From Elsinoe ampelina (lineage: Eukaryota), in NCBI GenBank assembly GCA_010093995.1, contig ML992506.1:913196-977195 (forward strand): DNA of 64,000 bases, in the 5' to 3' direction. The notes beneath the pieces are model-generated. The model was not told where the DNA came from and ran no database searches. It was given only the letters and a program-made list of their open reading frames with translations. The translations under genes and the position numbers were made by a program. Position 1 is the stretch's first letter. The number at the start of each line of letters is the position of its first letter. Positions 1-12,506 of this stretch are shown here, in pieces.

Positions 1-1157
1 ACGATGAGGTCCTGCAGTCCATGAGCCACTACAGGTATGGTCGATAGCTTATAATCTATGTCGGCCAATCTCTGACCATCTACAGCGAGTCCCATGTCGG
101 CATGCCCTTTGTCAAATGCTTTGGCGAGACTCTCACTATGCTCCGGACACTCTTCCAAACCTCGGATCCAGCATCACAGCCGATCGTCGTCTCCGGCTCT
201 GGCACACTAGGGTGGGACATGGTAGCATCCAACCTCGCAGAGCCAGGCGACGACGTCCTTGTCCTACACACCGGCTACTTCGCCGACTCCTTCGCCGACT
301 GCTTCGAGGCATACGGCGTCAAGGCCACACAACTCAAAGCTCCCATCGGCGACCGTCCACAACTCGACGAGATCGAAAAGGCCCTGAAAGAGAAGAAATA
401 CAAGCTCCTCACCGTCACCCACACCGACACCTCCACCGGCGTCCTTTCCGAGATCGAGCCCCTCTCCAAGCTCCTCCAACGCGTCTCCCCCGACACTCTT
501 CTCATCGTCGACGGCGTCTGCTCCGTCGGCTGTGAAGAAATCCGCTTCGACGACTGGAAAATCGACTGCGTCATCACAGCCAGCCAAAAAGCCATCGGCT
601 GCCCGGCAGGCCTCAGCATCTCCATGGTATCCGGCCGCGCCATCTCGTCCTTCAAAGCCCGAAAGCAGCCCCCCAACAGCTACTTTGCGTCGTGGAAGAA
701 CTGGATCCCCATCATGCAAAACTACGAAGCCAAAAAACCCAGCTACTTCGCCACCCCATCCCCACAACTCATCCACGCCCTCCACACCACCCTCAAGCAA
801 ATCACCGCCCGGCCCATGGACGAGCGCTTCAAGGTCCACCGCGACGCGAGCCTGCGCGTGAAGAAAGCCGTCGCGGACCTGGGGCTGAAGCAGTTGGCGA
901 GCAAGCCAGAGAACCAAGCCAACGGTATGACGGCGATCTACCTGCCCGAAGGCGTGACCCCGCCCGAGATTCTCCCGAAGCTGATGGAGCGAGGAGTGAT
1001 TTTTGCAGGTGGTCTGCACAAGGAGATTGCGGCCAAGTATATCCGGTTCGGGCATATGGGGGTGAGCGTCACGGATCCGAAGAGGGGGGATATTGAGGGC
1101 GCGATAAAGGCGCTGGGGGAGAGTGTGGTGGAGGTGAGGAAGGCGAAAGGGGAGTAG
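1..1157 (+). CDS. AGX1: Alanine--glyoxylate aminotransferase (class V PLP aminotransferase), 5'-partial; intron 35-85
   Basis: Motifs GSGTLGWD, THTDTSTGV, IVDGVCS and PLP-lysine ASQKAIG, plus YFATP and IRFGHMG. GTATGG..CTGAC..TACAG intron joins DEVLQSMSHYS to ESHVGMPF. Confidence 0.92.
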
Positions 1158-1749
1158 GATAGACCCAGGGAGGGGACGGGGAGGGTTGTATATATGTCAA
1201 GGGAATGTAAAAGCTCTTTGTTGATCACTCTCTTGTTGTCCCACGGGGAGGAAGGAACAGGATGTGGTTCAGAATCTACGAGGCAGTCAAGCGGCGTTCG
1301 TGTGGTGCAAGTGGCAACGATGCCCGAGACAAGGTAGAAGTTGCGCTGCGCCGACTGGCACTACCACTGCACCCAGCCTGCATGGCTCATGGCAGACTCG
1401 TTGCTTCGAAGAGGCATCGACGGAGCACATCACCGAACTTCTTGCACGTATGACTGTAATCATTTTCATTACCATCCGTCCCCTGGTAGAGTCTTGGACC
1501 CCTCCTGGCCTCTTGCCATGCTCACTCCCCCACCCACTCACCCATCTCCCCTCCGTCCATCTCCTCCCGACCTATACCAACTCCGATCTGTACATACATT
1601 ACATACCAAACCCGTATATGTGCATCCCTGCGTTTCCATCCCTGGTGTGCATCCCTGCCTATGCCGCCCTATATCCCTATATATGCTGTGACGAGCCGAG
1701 GTGATCGTTGCTGCGTTGCTGTGTAGAAGAAGTTGTAAGAAAGGTTTTG

Positions 1750-1797
1750 AAGTCCTAAAGTCCTCAAGTCCTCAAGTCCTCAAGTCCTCAAGTCCTG
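1750..1797. repeat. Tandem repeat (AAGTCCTC)x6, first and last copies imperfect
   Basis: aagtccta aagtcctc x4 aagtcctg, read directly. Confidence 0.9.
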
Positions 1798-1971
1798 AAA
1801 AGGTCCGGGAGAAAGGCCGGAAACAAAGTTCCAGAAGAAAGAAGAGGTATAATACAGGTCCCGCCTGTCCGTCGCCACCGCTTGGAAACGAATCCTTTAT
1901 GTGCAATCCACCATCCCATCCACCTCCCTCACCCGCATCACTCCATCACGGAATGATGACTGCAGTTCAGA

Positions 1972-4202
1972 TCACCGCCCGATATCCCACTTCGGCTTCA
2001 AACTACTCGCCAAATCCGTCTGCGTCCCCACCTCGCCCGTCGGTAACCTACTCATCCGGTACGCGCCCTGTCTGATCGCATTGCGCTGCACGGCCGAGAG
2101 TCCGGAGCGGTTGGAGCGGATGCTCCCCGCGTCGCTTGCGGAGTCGGCGCGGTCGCGGAAGCGAGGTGGTGGTGCGAAATCGAGGGCTGTGAAGGTGCCG
2201 GATTTGCGGAGTGCGTGGCTGGGACGGTGTTAGATCAGGGGACAGGAGAAGGGACGGGGAAGGGGAAAAGGTAAGGCTTACGGGGATGGCATCACGGCGA
2301 GGTCGTCGAAGCTGTGGCCTAGGGGTGTGTGGGCGCGGAAGGCAGGGGAGTAAGGGCGGGGAGTACCGAGGGGGCTGTCAGGGGCGCGGCCGAGACCGTG
2401 GTCGCGGAAGGTGGAGGGAGGGGCGAATTCGAGGATCGAGGTGTCGTCGCGGAGGAGATGGGGGGTCGGGAGTGACTGGAGCACTTTCGGTGGTGGTAGC
2501 TTCTTCTTGGGCTGCATCATTGGTCGGCGGCCGGCAGATTGGGTGGACATGACGCTGCGGTGACCGCGCATGAAGTGGCCTGGTGCTCGTGGAGGAGGCG
2601 TCATGGCACGGCGGTTGATGGGCTCGGCGAAGGGTTGGTGGGGTGGTTGCTGGTTGGGATTGGTGTAGAATGCACCAGTATCGGGATCGTAGACTGCGCC
2701 GTCCTCGAGGAAGTCGCCATAGTAGTCCTCCTCTCCACCGTAGCCGTAGGGATCGTGAGCTACTGGCATGGGAGGATAATGGCCGACGGGATTGGGTTTC
2801 GAGTCGTCAAAATATTCGCGGTAGAATGAACGAATGCGGTTGGCACGCTGTTCGGGATCGTCGGTGGGATCATCAGGGGGAAGCGGCCTCATGCCCATGA
2901 CTGATACGCGACGCATGTCGTTGCCGGGAAGTGCAAGATGGTTCTCATGAGGATCCGAGTTGTGCTTGGGGACTGGTGGTGGGGGAATGTCAAAGTCGTG
3001 TTGCTCGTGTCTTTCTTGTTGCACCGGCTCAACGGGTGGTGCAGGTAGCGGGTTTGGAGATCGTGGCGGGCTGTATGGATTGTGAGCGGGAGATGGAACC
3101 GTGATTCTCAAAGCGTCCGGTCCAGGGTAGATGTTATCGTTTTCTTGAGAAATGAAAGGTCGTTTCTCCTCGTATTCGGGTACTGGTGATGGCTGGTTGT
3201 ATCTGGCAGGCTGAGGGAAAGCAGGGATGCCAGTCTTCTCAGATAACATATCTTGAGGAGCCTGCGCCGGAATGTTGGAAAGATCTGGTGGTGACTCTGA
3301 GCCATACTTGGGGTCATCGGCGGGATACCAGCGATCTGACTTGCCATTGACAAGACTTTGCTTTCTCGGAGGTCGTACGACTGGCTTCTCATCATAGTTG
3401 TTGAATTTCTCCGAGTACATGTCAGGAGTGCTGTTGTAGGAGTCGTGAGGCATACGGGCAGCATTCTGCAAGAGGCTAGCCTTGTGGGTGACAGAGCCAG
3501 ACCGGTCGCTGTAGTTGCCAGTCGTGTTGGTTGTGTAGATGGAGCCATTCTCATTTCGGAGTCTGCTGGGCGACCTGAAAGAAGCATGATCGGAGACGAA
3601 CGTGACTGGGCGGTATGGATCGTTGGGATCATTCATGCCTCGCGACATGGAATGAAGTGAGTCCCGAGAGCCATGAACACCCGCTGGCAGGAGATACGGA
3701 TTGTGCATATCCAGGTCCATAGACATGCCGCGGTTGCGACGCATGCTCGAAGGTCCAGTGTTGATTGTCATCTCTGGCTTGCCTTTCTTGCCCTTCTTGG
3801 TCGTGCCACTCACGACATCGAGTCCAAAGTCGAGAGACTTGTGCTTGTCATGTAGGTCTTCTTGCCTTTGTTTTCGCTTAATCCGTCTGTGGAGGAAGAA
3901 CAGAACTACTATTGCAACGAGGATAGGAATACTAGATCCTGTCAGTAGAGCCCAAAGCAGTCCATGTGTGGATCTTACGCAGCAGCCAGGGCGATTGTCA
4001 GCTTTCCAGTACCTCCAGAGTCTGTGGGTAGTGGACATGGCGATTTCCTGTCCTCACCACATGTGTCTTGAGGATTCGCGGCGCGCCTGACTATCGTTGG
4101 CGGCTTGTTGATTGTCTGTGTTCCCAGTATGGTCGAATCGACTTTAACATCTCTGTGAAGATGTGCGTGGTGAAGCACGCTATGCGCTGCTCGTGACTTC
4201 AT
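1972..4202 (-). CDS. Uncharacterised single-pass membrane protein with long Pro-rich cytoplasmic tail; introns 3932-3978 and 2219-2281
   Basis: ATG 4202 (MKSRAAH). Canonical introns join TIALAAA to IPILVAIVVLFFLHRR (TM plus basic stop-transfer) and AVMPSP to HALRKSGTFTALDFAPPPRF...KPKWDIGR*. Main exon is the 586-aa ORF. Confidence 0.8.
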
Positions 4203-4980
4203 TTTTTGTGCCTTCTTCTTCTCTCCTAGTCTTTGAAATGTATGCAAAATGCTGGTGAGTCGCTAGCCTCGCTGCGCCGTCCTGTCTTGGGCCTGATCGC
4301 TCTTCAGGTGGGTGTGCCGTCGTGAAAGGAGTGTGTGTTTGTGTATGTCGGTATTAAGGAGTGAACTGCCGCCGCCGCGGACTGAGAAGTGCAAATGGAC
4401 AAGGAAAGACTGTGGTCAGCACATGATCGAAAAGGTGATCCAGAAAAAAGAAAGACAAGACAGAGACAAGACTCTTTGGGTGTCTGAACGAGATGCGATG
4501 CTTGGACAGGACTTGGGACAAGCGATGCGGCAGAGCGGTGGTGGAATTGCGCTGAGGAGATCTGCAAAAGACCACAACTGGACCCACAAGCCTAGCACCA
4601 AAACATCAAAAACCCCAGACCGGGCTTTGAGTTGTGGCCAATCACAGGGCTGTGCCTGAACCAAGCGCATGGAAATTCTTCCTTTCCCCTGACTGTTGGA
4701 GGCTCAAGCGGGCTCAAGCTGGAATCAAGAAGAGCTTGGCCGCGCTTCTTTTGTCTCTGTCTCTGTCTCGTGCCCACCACAGTGTCCTGCATTCCTGGTC
4801 GTATTGTCTCTAACCATCCACAATACCATGTAGATCCTGTCAACTCGCATCATTACAACCACGACGGGCATCGATAACAACTTCCCATCAGCGTCTACCG
4901 TCGAGGCCGCAGGGCGTAATTTCGCTTTTAATCTAAGAGACGGCGCACGGGGCAGAAACGAAGCCATGGGCGGTAGTGCA

Positions 4981-5010
4981 GCCATAGCCCGCCATAGCCC
5001 GCCATAGCTC
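4981..5010. repeat. Tandem repeat (GCCATAGCCC)x3
   Basis: gccatagccc gccatagccc gccatagctc. Confidence 0.85.
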
Positions 5011-5343
5011 GTCCACGGCCTTGTCCTGCTTATCACCCAGAAGTCAGAACACTAGGAAACAAGGTCCAAGCAAGCAACTATTTTTTCCTTGACAAGCCAT
5101 TCTTGACAGCTCACGGCCAGATCGTTGGCAAGACTTGGGTCATGTATGGTAGACGGGAGTCAATTCGACTGGTTACATGTCCCGACGATCGCGATACTCG
5201 CGGCATGGCGGCACTGCACTATCGACAGCCTACAAGAAGACACGCAGTAGTCGAGGACAATGCGCTCTCAACGGTTTGCAAGTGCTGCCGTCTTCCATCA
5301 TGTCGGTAATGAACTACCGCAAGGCTGAAGAAGGCCGCCGTCA

Positions 5344-6099
5344 TTATCGCTTGGACCTCATTTCTTCATCTCTCTGCGCGACAAACTCTGCCAGACTCTT
5401 GAACACATACGTCGGCTTCAATCCCAACTGGTCGATCGCCTCTTGCCCCTGGTCGTATCTGTCGATCCACGCACTCGCAATGCCCATGTCTCGAGCAGGA
5501 ACGTGATCACTCGCAGTGCCTTGAGCTACCAGCAAGATCTCGTCCTTGCCAATCCCAGAGTGCTGCTTCGCTTGGTCCAACATTGTCTGATTGACGCGCT
5601 GGTCCGGCTTGAAAGCCTTACTTTGGTCGCTGCCGATCAGTGCTGCAAAAGGTATCCCCTTGAGCGGGCCTTCTGTTGCTATCCTTTGCAGGGTGGTGGT
5701 ATCCATGTTGCTGACCAGATACAAGTCGCTGTTGGCGGAAAGCTTCTTCAGTGAAGCGAACGTATCTGGCCATAGCGGCCAGTCGGCCAGCGACCTTGCG
5801 AAGGCCAGGCTCTCTTCAGGCGAAGGTGTATACTGGCCCTTTGTCAAGTTGTCTGTAACCTCAGAGTATGCTTTTGCCATGATCGACTCGTAGCTCGCAC
5901 CAGCAGGCCCAGACTTCATCAGGCGCGTCAACGCTTCGTTGAAAGTGTTCTGAACATCGTCTGGCCCGGAGGACGACGAGAGGTATGTATGAAGCGGCTT
6001 GCAGGCGTCCCAGATGCCGATCCTCTCGTCCAGTAGAGTGCCCATAACATCGAAGCCGAAGGCTTTGAAAGAGGTCAACGATTTCTTGGAGTCGGCCAT
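5344..6099 (-). CDS. HAD-superfamily hydrolase (haloacid dehalogenase type II-like), intronless, 251 aa
   Basis: Motif I FDVMGTL, motif II VSN, motif III FKPD, motif IV region VAQG..DHVPA..G...WIDR. Confidence 0.85.
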   Translation of the reverse strand: MADSKKSLTSFKAFGFDVMGTLLDERIGIWDACKPLHTYLSSSSGPDDVQNTFNEALTRLMKSGPAGASYESIMAKAYSEVTDNLTKGQYTPSPEESLAFARSLADWPLWPDTFASLKKLSANSDLYLVSNMDTTTLQRIATEGPLKGIPFAALIGSDQSKAFKPDQRVNQTMLDQAKQHSGIGKDEILLVAQGTASDHVPARDMGIASAWIDRYDQGQEAIDQLGLKPTYVFKSLAEFVAQRDEEMRSKR

Positions 6100-6860
6100 G
6101 ATTTAGAACAACTAAAACCAGTGATTGAGAGCGCCAGAAGCATTGTGAAAGGTGATGGAATGTCTTCACCTACATATCTGATCTTGACAAGCGGCTCGCG
6201 CCCTTCAAGAACGGAATCGAGCAAGGCCTCTTCAGCGTCAAGCGGGGTTGCAACACCACAGATGTCGACCAGGCCACTCAGGTCTATGAAGGCCAATCAC
6301 CATTACACGAAATCTAAAGACCTCACTGTCACTTTGGGACTCTTCAATAGCATACGAATACTTGATCGCTCACGGATCCCTTCTTCGGATTCCTCGACAC
6401 CGACGACATCTTCTTCCATGCCGTGAGAAACCTCTCCATTCGTTCCCGTGAACCCGCTTCGCCCTCTCTGTCTATACAAGCCCCGCCTCTGCTCGGTGTG
6501 CTGATACCTCGTCCCTAGCGCATCAATGTGCGGGGGTTGAAAAGCGATCACGAATATCATGATACGACTAGTGTTCGTACCATTTCAGACAACCTCACTA
6601 TGGCCGTCAAAAGGCATGATATCTTCTGGGCATGCCTTCACTTGATATAGCTTCTGTGCTGTCATTTTCGTTGCGGCAGAGCCACTGTGTATCGTAGCAA
6701 AATGTCCGGACACTTGCGATCGCACTTGATCGCTAGGAATGACAGTGATCTGACCACGCCCAGTGATAATGCTTTGTCATGACTGGGAGTGTTGTATTAA
6801 TGTGATGCTACTGGACGGTGTCCTGTCGAGCGGATGGCAAGAACTCGTTATCGTTGGAGA
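6075..6860 (-). pseudogene. Possible decayed coding relic of unknown identity
   Basis: ORFs 6303-6560 and 6075-6296 share one frame, separated by TAA-TGG-TGA. The frame continues upstream with sparse stops. No recognisable homology. Confidence 0.25.
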
Positions 6861-8713
6861 TCAACCTGACTCCATGCTTACAATAGAAGCACAAACCTCG
6901 TTAGCCTATGATGATGGAATCATTTGGAACGTAAGGTATGTGGCTTTGATCAGAAAATCAGGTGCTTATAGCATGTAGCGGTCTGACCTCCTGGGATGAG
7001 CTATATTGTCCAATGTCAACGTAGGTGCTGGTGACCAGTTGCACATCGCTCAACGCTTCGTTAAATCACGATCGATGAAGTCGAAGTGCAAGCCGTATTC
7101 ACACATTACAAGACATGATGAAAGTGCTAGTGAGTATTTTGCTATTCGGAAGCCTAGACCGTCCGAAGCTATTCCTGAGGGAGAGGTTGATTGGCTTCAT
7201 CCATAACCAAGCTGGACAAGTGTTATGGGAGCTCGGAGGAGAGGTGCAGTATGCGACAGCGTCAACAGAAGCGACACAGATTATTTCCAGAGCTTTCGAA
7301 AACCCCTCTAGATTAACCAGGAGTTCATGTACTTATTTTTTAGCAAGTTAGAGCAAATCGTCGAGATGCAATCCTGACCAAACCAAGCCTCCGCATACAG
7401 CTTCGCAGCGCGCAGAGCCGCAAAACATGTGACTTGAAGCCCTCACGCAGCAGTAGCAGCGATAGCAGAGTGTGTGAGACGAAGATTCTTTCCCACCTTC
7501 ATCTCAGAAGCAGGAAACAGTATTTCATCAAAAACAGCGGAGCGCGCTGTGTTTCCATCACCAATTCCATCGATGTAGGTCGGGTCGAGCACGTGGAGAT
7601 GGTCGAGACTGACTTCAGGACAGCGCCGCGAGCCGCCGCCCGGCCCAGAATGAGCACCGAATCGATTTTGGCTCTATTGAGCCTACTGGCAATGACTCTG
7701 GGAGCACCTATTGGTTGGTTGATCAAGAGGGGAGATTGAAAAGAGAAGAAATGGTGAGGTGGAATACAATTTTAGAGGTCGAAGAAGGGTTCTGAGATGG
7801 ATTTAGCAATGAGGGTACACTATTTTGAGCTAGAGGGATGACCGAAAAGGGAAAGCTCGTCAAGCCACAATGCGAAAGCAGCGATCTTTTACTTCATTAA
7901 GAATATGGTCAGCATCCACATCTTAAAGACCCGCCAATCACATCTCGCCACATCAATAATGTCGCTCATATGGCGTGTCTGCTCTGGTGCCTGAGGCACA
8001 AGGCTTGAGATGAGAGTGCTTCAATCTTTGCCTGAGGATTTGCCTGAGAGGCAGTCGCTATACACGACAAGGGAAAATCGGACCGTCTACACGCAATCGT
8101 GAATGAAGACAATCACCGCAGGCACTTGTCTGAAAACATCAGAACGGTCTGATCCTCTGCCTTCAGTCATTGTCAACCTGCAAGTATCAAAGCGAACAGA
8201 GCCGTCACGCTCCTAACCATGAAAAAGAGGGCCATCGCAACTCGATATCCAAGACTGCGGCTGTCAGCCCCGCCAGCTGGAATGTCGTGAAACGAGACTT
8301 CGTCCAACTTCGCCAGCATGCTTGATCAAGCGGCACTGCTTCGTGGGCCATCATGTATGTTCCATTGTTCATGAGTAGCGACCGAGGTTTGCGGATCATG
8401 AGCTGCAAAGCATGATCGAGCCCAAGTCCAAAATGCGAAGGCAAACGAGGAGTCAAACGATTTGATGATCGTGAGAATCTACGTAAAGCAGCACTCTTGC
8501 AAGTGGATCTGCTGGACTAGAAGGGTATCAAACCTACCACCCACCGCGCGTCCGTCCCATACCCGTAAGCGTCCTTTTACCATAGGTATCCATGCACCGT
8601 AACCCAACAGCATCTATGCTGCTTTACCCCCCCAACCCTCTCCAAACGCCCAGTAAACAACCCACTTATATACAATGCAACCACCCCATCAAACCCCTCT
8701 CCCCTCCACAAAA

Positions 8714-11216
8714 TCAATCATCAGCCGCCCCCCTCCCCATCTCCATCCTGAGCCCGACAGAAACACTCTGCTTCCTCCTCCTCATCATCCCCCTAGTCCC
8801 ACTAAGATCAAAATCAACCACACTCTTACTCCTCCGCCTCAACGACTTGACCGGCTGTTGCTCCTGCTTGATCGCCCCATGAAACAACCTCTTATACTTC
8901 AGTTCCGGACTACTCGGCCTCCCACCCTGCGTCCCCTCCAGCATCCCCTGGATCGGCGTATCGGGCTTGATCATTGGCGTGAAGGCAAAGGCACGGGCGT
9001 GCGCGCTCGGCGTCGCGGGCTGGGACGCCCAGGGGAAGAGCACGGCCGAGGGCCAGAGGGTAGCGGGCGGTGAAGGAGGGGAGCGTTCTTCGGAATCAGA
9101 GCTGCTTTCGTCGTCAGAGAGGTGCCAGCGGTCGTTGATCTCGTCGGATGAGTCCGTGGCGTCGCTGTCGGAGAAGGAGTGGAGGTCTTCGTAGCCGGGG
9201 AGTTTTTGGCTGTCTTTGGTCGCGGAGAGGCTGCCTTTCGAGGGGCCGATGGAGAAGTGGATGTCGCGGGGGGCGCGGGGAGGGGCGCGAAGGCTGAGGC
9301 GAGGGAGATCGAGGCTGGTGCGGAGGGTGCGGTAGTGTGGGCGGCGGTTGTTTTGGCGGTATTTTTGGGCGGACATGGTGAGGGGGTAGCCGAGTGTCAT
9401 TAGGGTGTGCTGGTCTAGCTGCTCGGGACCGAAAGCCACGCAGGTCATGAGTTGGTGGACGGCGTCGTCGATGGCAAGCTCGATGGCGCAGTGATTGCGG
9501 ATTTCCGACAACTTTGGCCATGTTGCCTTTTCACCACTGAGAGTGGCCGCAACCATGAACGCAGTGTCAGGGTTGCTGAGAACATAGGGAAATTCGGCGT
9601 AGGAGATCTTAGGGAAGATGGTAATGTCACCAGCGTAGCGTTGCCCGACGACTGATCGGATCTTTGAAAGCACATTCGGCAAGACTCCAAATTCTTGGAG
9701 TACTTGAAGTCTGTGCATCGCTTCATCTCTGGCGACAGTCGTCAGGGTTTGCGTCCAGGTAGATCGCGTCGTGTGACTGGTCTCCTCTCGTCTCGCCTCT
9801 TTGGCCATGTCCTTCTCGTCCTTTTCCAAGAATGGTACAACGTGAGGGTTCACTTGTGAAACGATAAAGTGGTTCACATTGAACATTTCCGACAAACGCT
9901 GCATCGGAATATCATTCTCCACCGACCCATCAATCCACTGCTGTCGAGACTGATTCCATGGGACCTCTTCGCCGGTTCTAGGGTCTTTGGCCAGAAGCTG
10001 TCCAGGGGAGAAGACAAAGGGAACAGAGCAGGATGCCGCCACCGCAGACCAGATCAGGACGTTTGGCGCTGTAACGTAGTTGAGAAGCCTAGGGAGTTCA
10101 TAAAGGCTGGCGGTTGATACGCAAATATTGAGAATGCGTCTAGTCTTGTTGTATGCTTCTTGAAATGTCATGTCCCCAAGTAGTTCCTTCATCACGGAAA
10201 CCAGATTGCCGATGTCGAACAGACTGCCTTTGGTCAGGAAGCGGAATGCTTTGCCTACAAGGCTCGTTTCCTGTCCAGCCTTTTCGAAGACCTGCAAGTT
10301 TCCGTAGCAGAATTCTTTGAGGACGTTTGGAATCTCATCATCGGTCTTTGTGCACATGACCGATGACACAATACTGCCAGCTGAGGCTCCAGATATGATG
10401 CGAGGAAGGAGGTTGGCTTCGAAGAGACATTTGATGACACCAATGTGGTTCATACCAAAGGTGCCACCTCCGGACAGAAGTAAAGCACTTCGTCCAAATG
10501 CTTGACGGGCCAGTAACAACTCCTGAAGTACGATCGAAGGTTCTAGTGGTCCAGTACCATTCTTTGTGATATCCGTAAGCGCGTCCACAGTATCCAGTAC
10601 AGACTCGATGTATCGTTCAATCAAAGCCTTTGTCCCAACCCGAGAATGCTTGTATAGACGTAGACTCCCCATATTACCGAGGTTCCGTGTAAGACCTGTC
10701 CTTACCAGCATCATGATCTTCTTTTGATCGCGACTGATTCGAATGTCATCCATCTCGTTGAGTCGCGCCTTTACTAGATCAACATCGTATTCGGAGCATT
10801 CTTCCTCCAACTTCCACCCATCATGACCTTCCAGCGCATCCAGTTCTGTCGCGGCTGAAAGCCATTCTGAGTAGCCTTGTGCCTTTACAATGTCAGCGGA
10901 AGTCTTGGTAACGTACAAAGACAGGCCATACCTGGTCCAGCTTGACCCTCAAGACTTGTATCCGGTATCCTATATTCTCCGGTCTTTCGTTTGTAGGGTT
11001 TGGCGGCGTCTCCGGATCGGCATGTATCGCGGCATCCTCTACTGGGTCTCTAGACGTTCGAAGAAGGCGACGCAGGGGACTGAAGAGTCCAGCAGGCGCC
11101 TGACTGACAGTAGTCGCAGTCGCGTCGGTAGTCACGGAATCACTCCTGGAGTGCCCTGTTGTTATGCCTCGACCCAGTGTGCCGGGCAGGGCAAAGACAT
11201 CATGGAGCATATCCAT
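8714..11216 (-). CDS. TGL4: Patatin-domain triacylglycerol lipase (TGL4/TGL5-like); intron 10883-10931
   Basis: Oxyanion GGGTFG, nucleophile GASAG, catalytic DGS, plus HFIVSQVNPH and an N-terminal DUF3336-like region. Exon 1 (MDMLHDV...KLDQ) is spliced via GTATGG..CTGAC..AAG. Confidence 0.88.
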
Positions 11217-12506
11217 CCTGTAATGAAGCCATGAGCGGACCGGAAGAGTGGAGGAGGGGCAGTGTATTGGTGATTCGCAAAAGAGTGTCAATGCCCGGAC
11301 GTGGATCGGAGTCGTTCGAACAAAGGGCCGTTATCGCAGACTAGGGATCGGACGTGGGGTGGGAATAATATTTTGGTCGTGGTCAGCGTGGGATCAGGGA
11401 GGAGAATGAGTGCTGGAACCGTCGTTGTATGCAGGTGGTATGCAGGTTGTGAGCATGTGCGGTGTGGGAAGATGCACGGGGTAAGTTAGGGCGGTGGAGG
11501 CTTCGAAGTGCAACGGCCAGAAATTGGCATCATATGATGGGTCAGAGCGTAACCACTTTTCCCGCAGAGTTAGCCTTCCAGCCTCTCTCAAGAATGAGCC
11601 CCAAACCGTTTTGATCCACGTTTATCGAAGATTACTATGCGATCCTGGCAATTTGGGCCGGGTTTACAGGACCGACAGCAAGACTTGGGCTTCTTCACAT
11701 GACAAAACAGACGTCACTTTTGCAAAAATCCGGACGGGAAATCTAGTGCGTGTGATGGTGGGGGTGGAGCCTTGACGAAAACTAGACAAAGACGGTGCGC
11801 GTGAATCAGGGATCGTCAGCAAGGATGCCTGCGAGGTACCAGCACGGGTTCCTGAGCCTTTGTGGCCGTCTCCCAATCTCGTAGATCCCCCTGCAGTCCA
11901 ACGTCGGATGACCTGTGGTTGCATAATAATGTGTGGACACGTGAAGTACACGACACCATCCCAGAGCAAAAGGAGTTGTTGCTACAATTTTCACATGTCA
12001 GTCTCGGTCGGGCCCCCATTCTGGATCGCTCGATGATTATTCTGAATTGCGGAGTCGGTGTGAAAGTCACGCGAACACTTGCGCTCCACTCCCGTCTCCA
12101 ACGTCGGGGAACGGGGGGAAATTGGCGGCTAATGCACGGCATGTGAAGGTCACACTCTGCCTAAAGACGTCGGTCCAGCCTCCGACTCGACCTTGCACAA
12201 ATATACTTTGTTGTGGAAAGCGGGCTAGACCGAGGTACTGGTGAGTTCTGTATTTGCTGCATGCCATTTGTGCAACCTCTATATCTCATTTTCATTTGGC
12301 GAATAGTTCATGTAACATGTATGCATGCCTGCTGTATCACAGATGCATCGTTAGCAAGGATGGTCACGCTAGTGGGAAGCATACTTTTCATTCGCTCAAG
12401 TGCTATGTCAATATGATCTGTCTGACGATATTATGACAGATCCCGAGAGGGGTAGAATAAACGTTGTGGTTTGCTGCATCTGCTTATCGCCAGTACGGTT
12501 TATACC

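Noticed and set aside
264..1055. 263-aa antisense ORF over AGX1, and similar shadow ORFs over the tannase, coiled-coil, POLK and PTH11-like genes
   Set aside because: Expected from strong third-position GC bias; no motifs and fully overlapping real genes.
1155..1340. Stop-codon readthrough of AGX1 to a cryptic peroxisomal signal
   Set aside because: Context is TAG-GAT, not a readthrough motif, and the extension ends ETR, not a PTS1.
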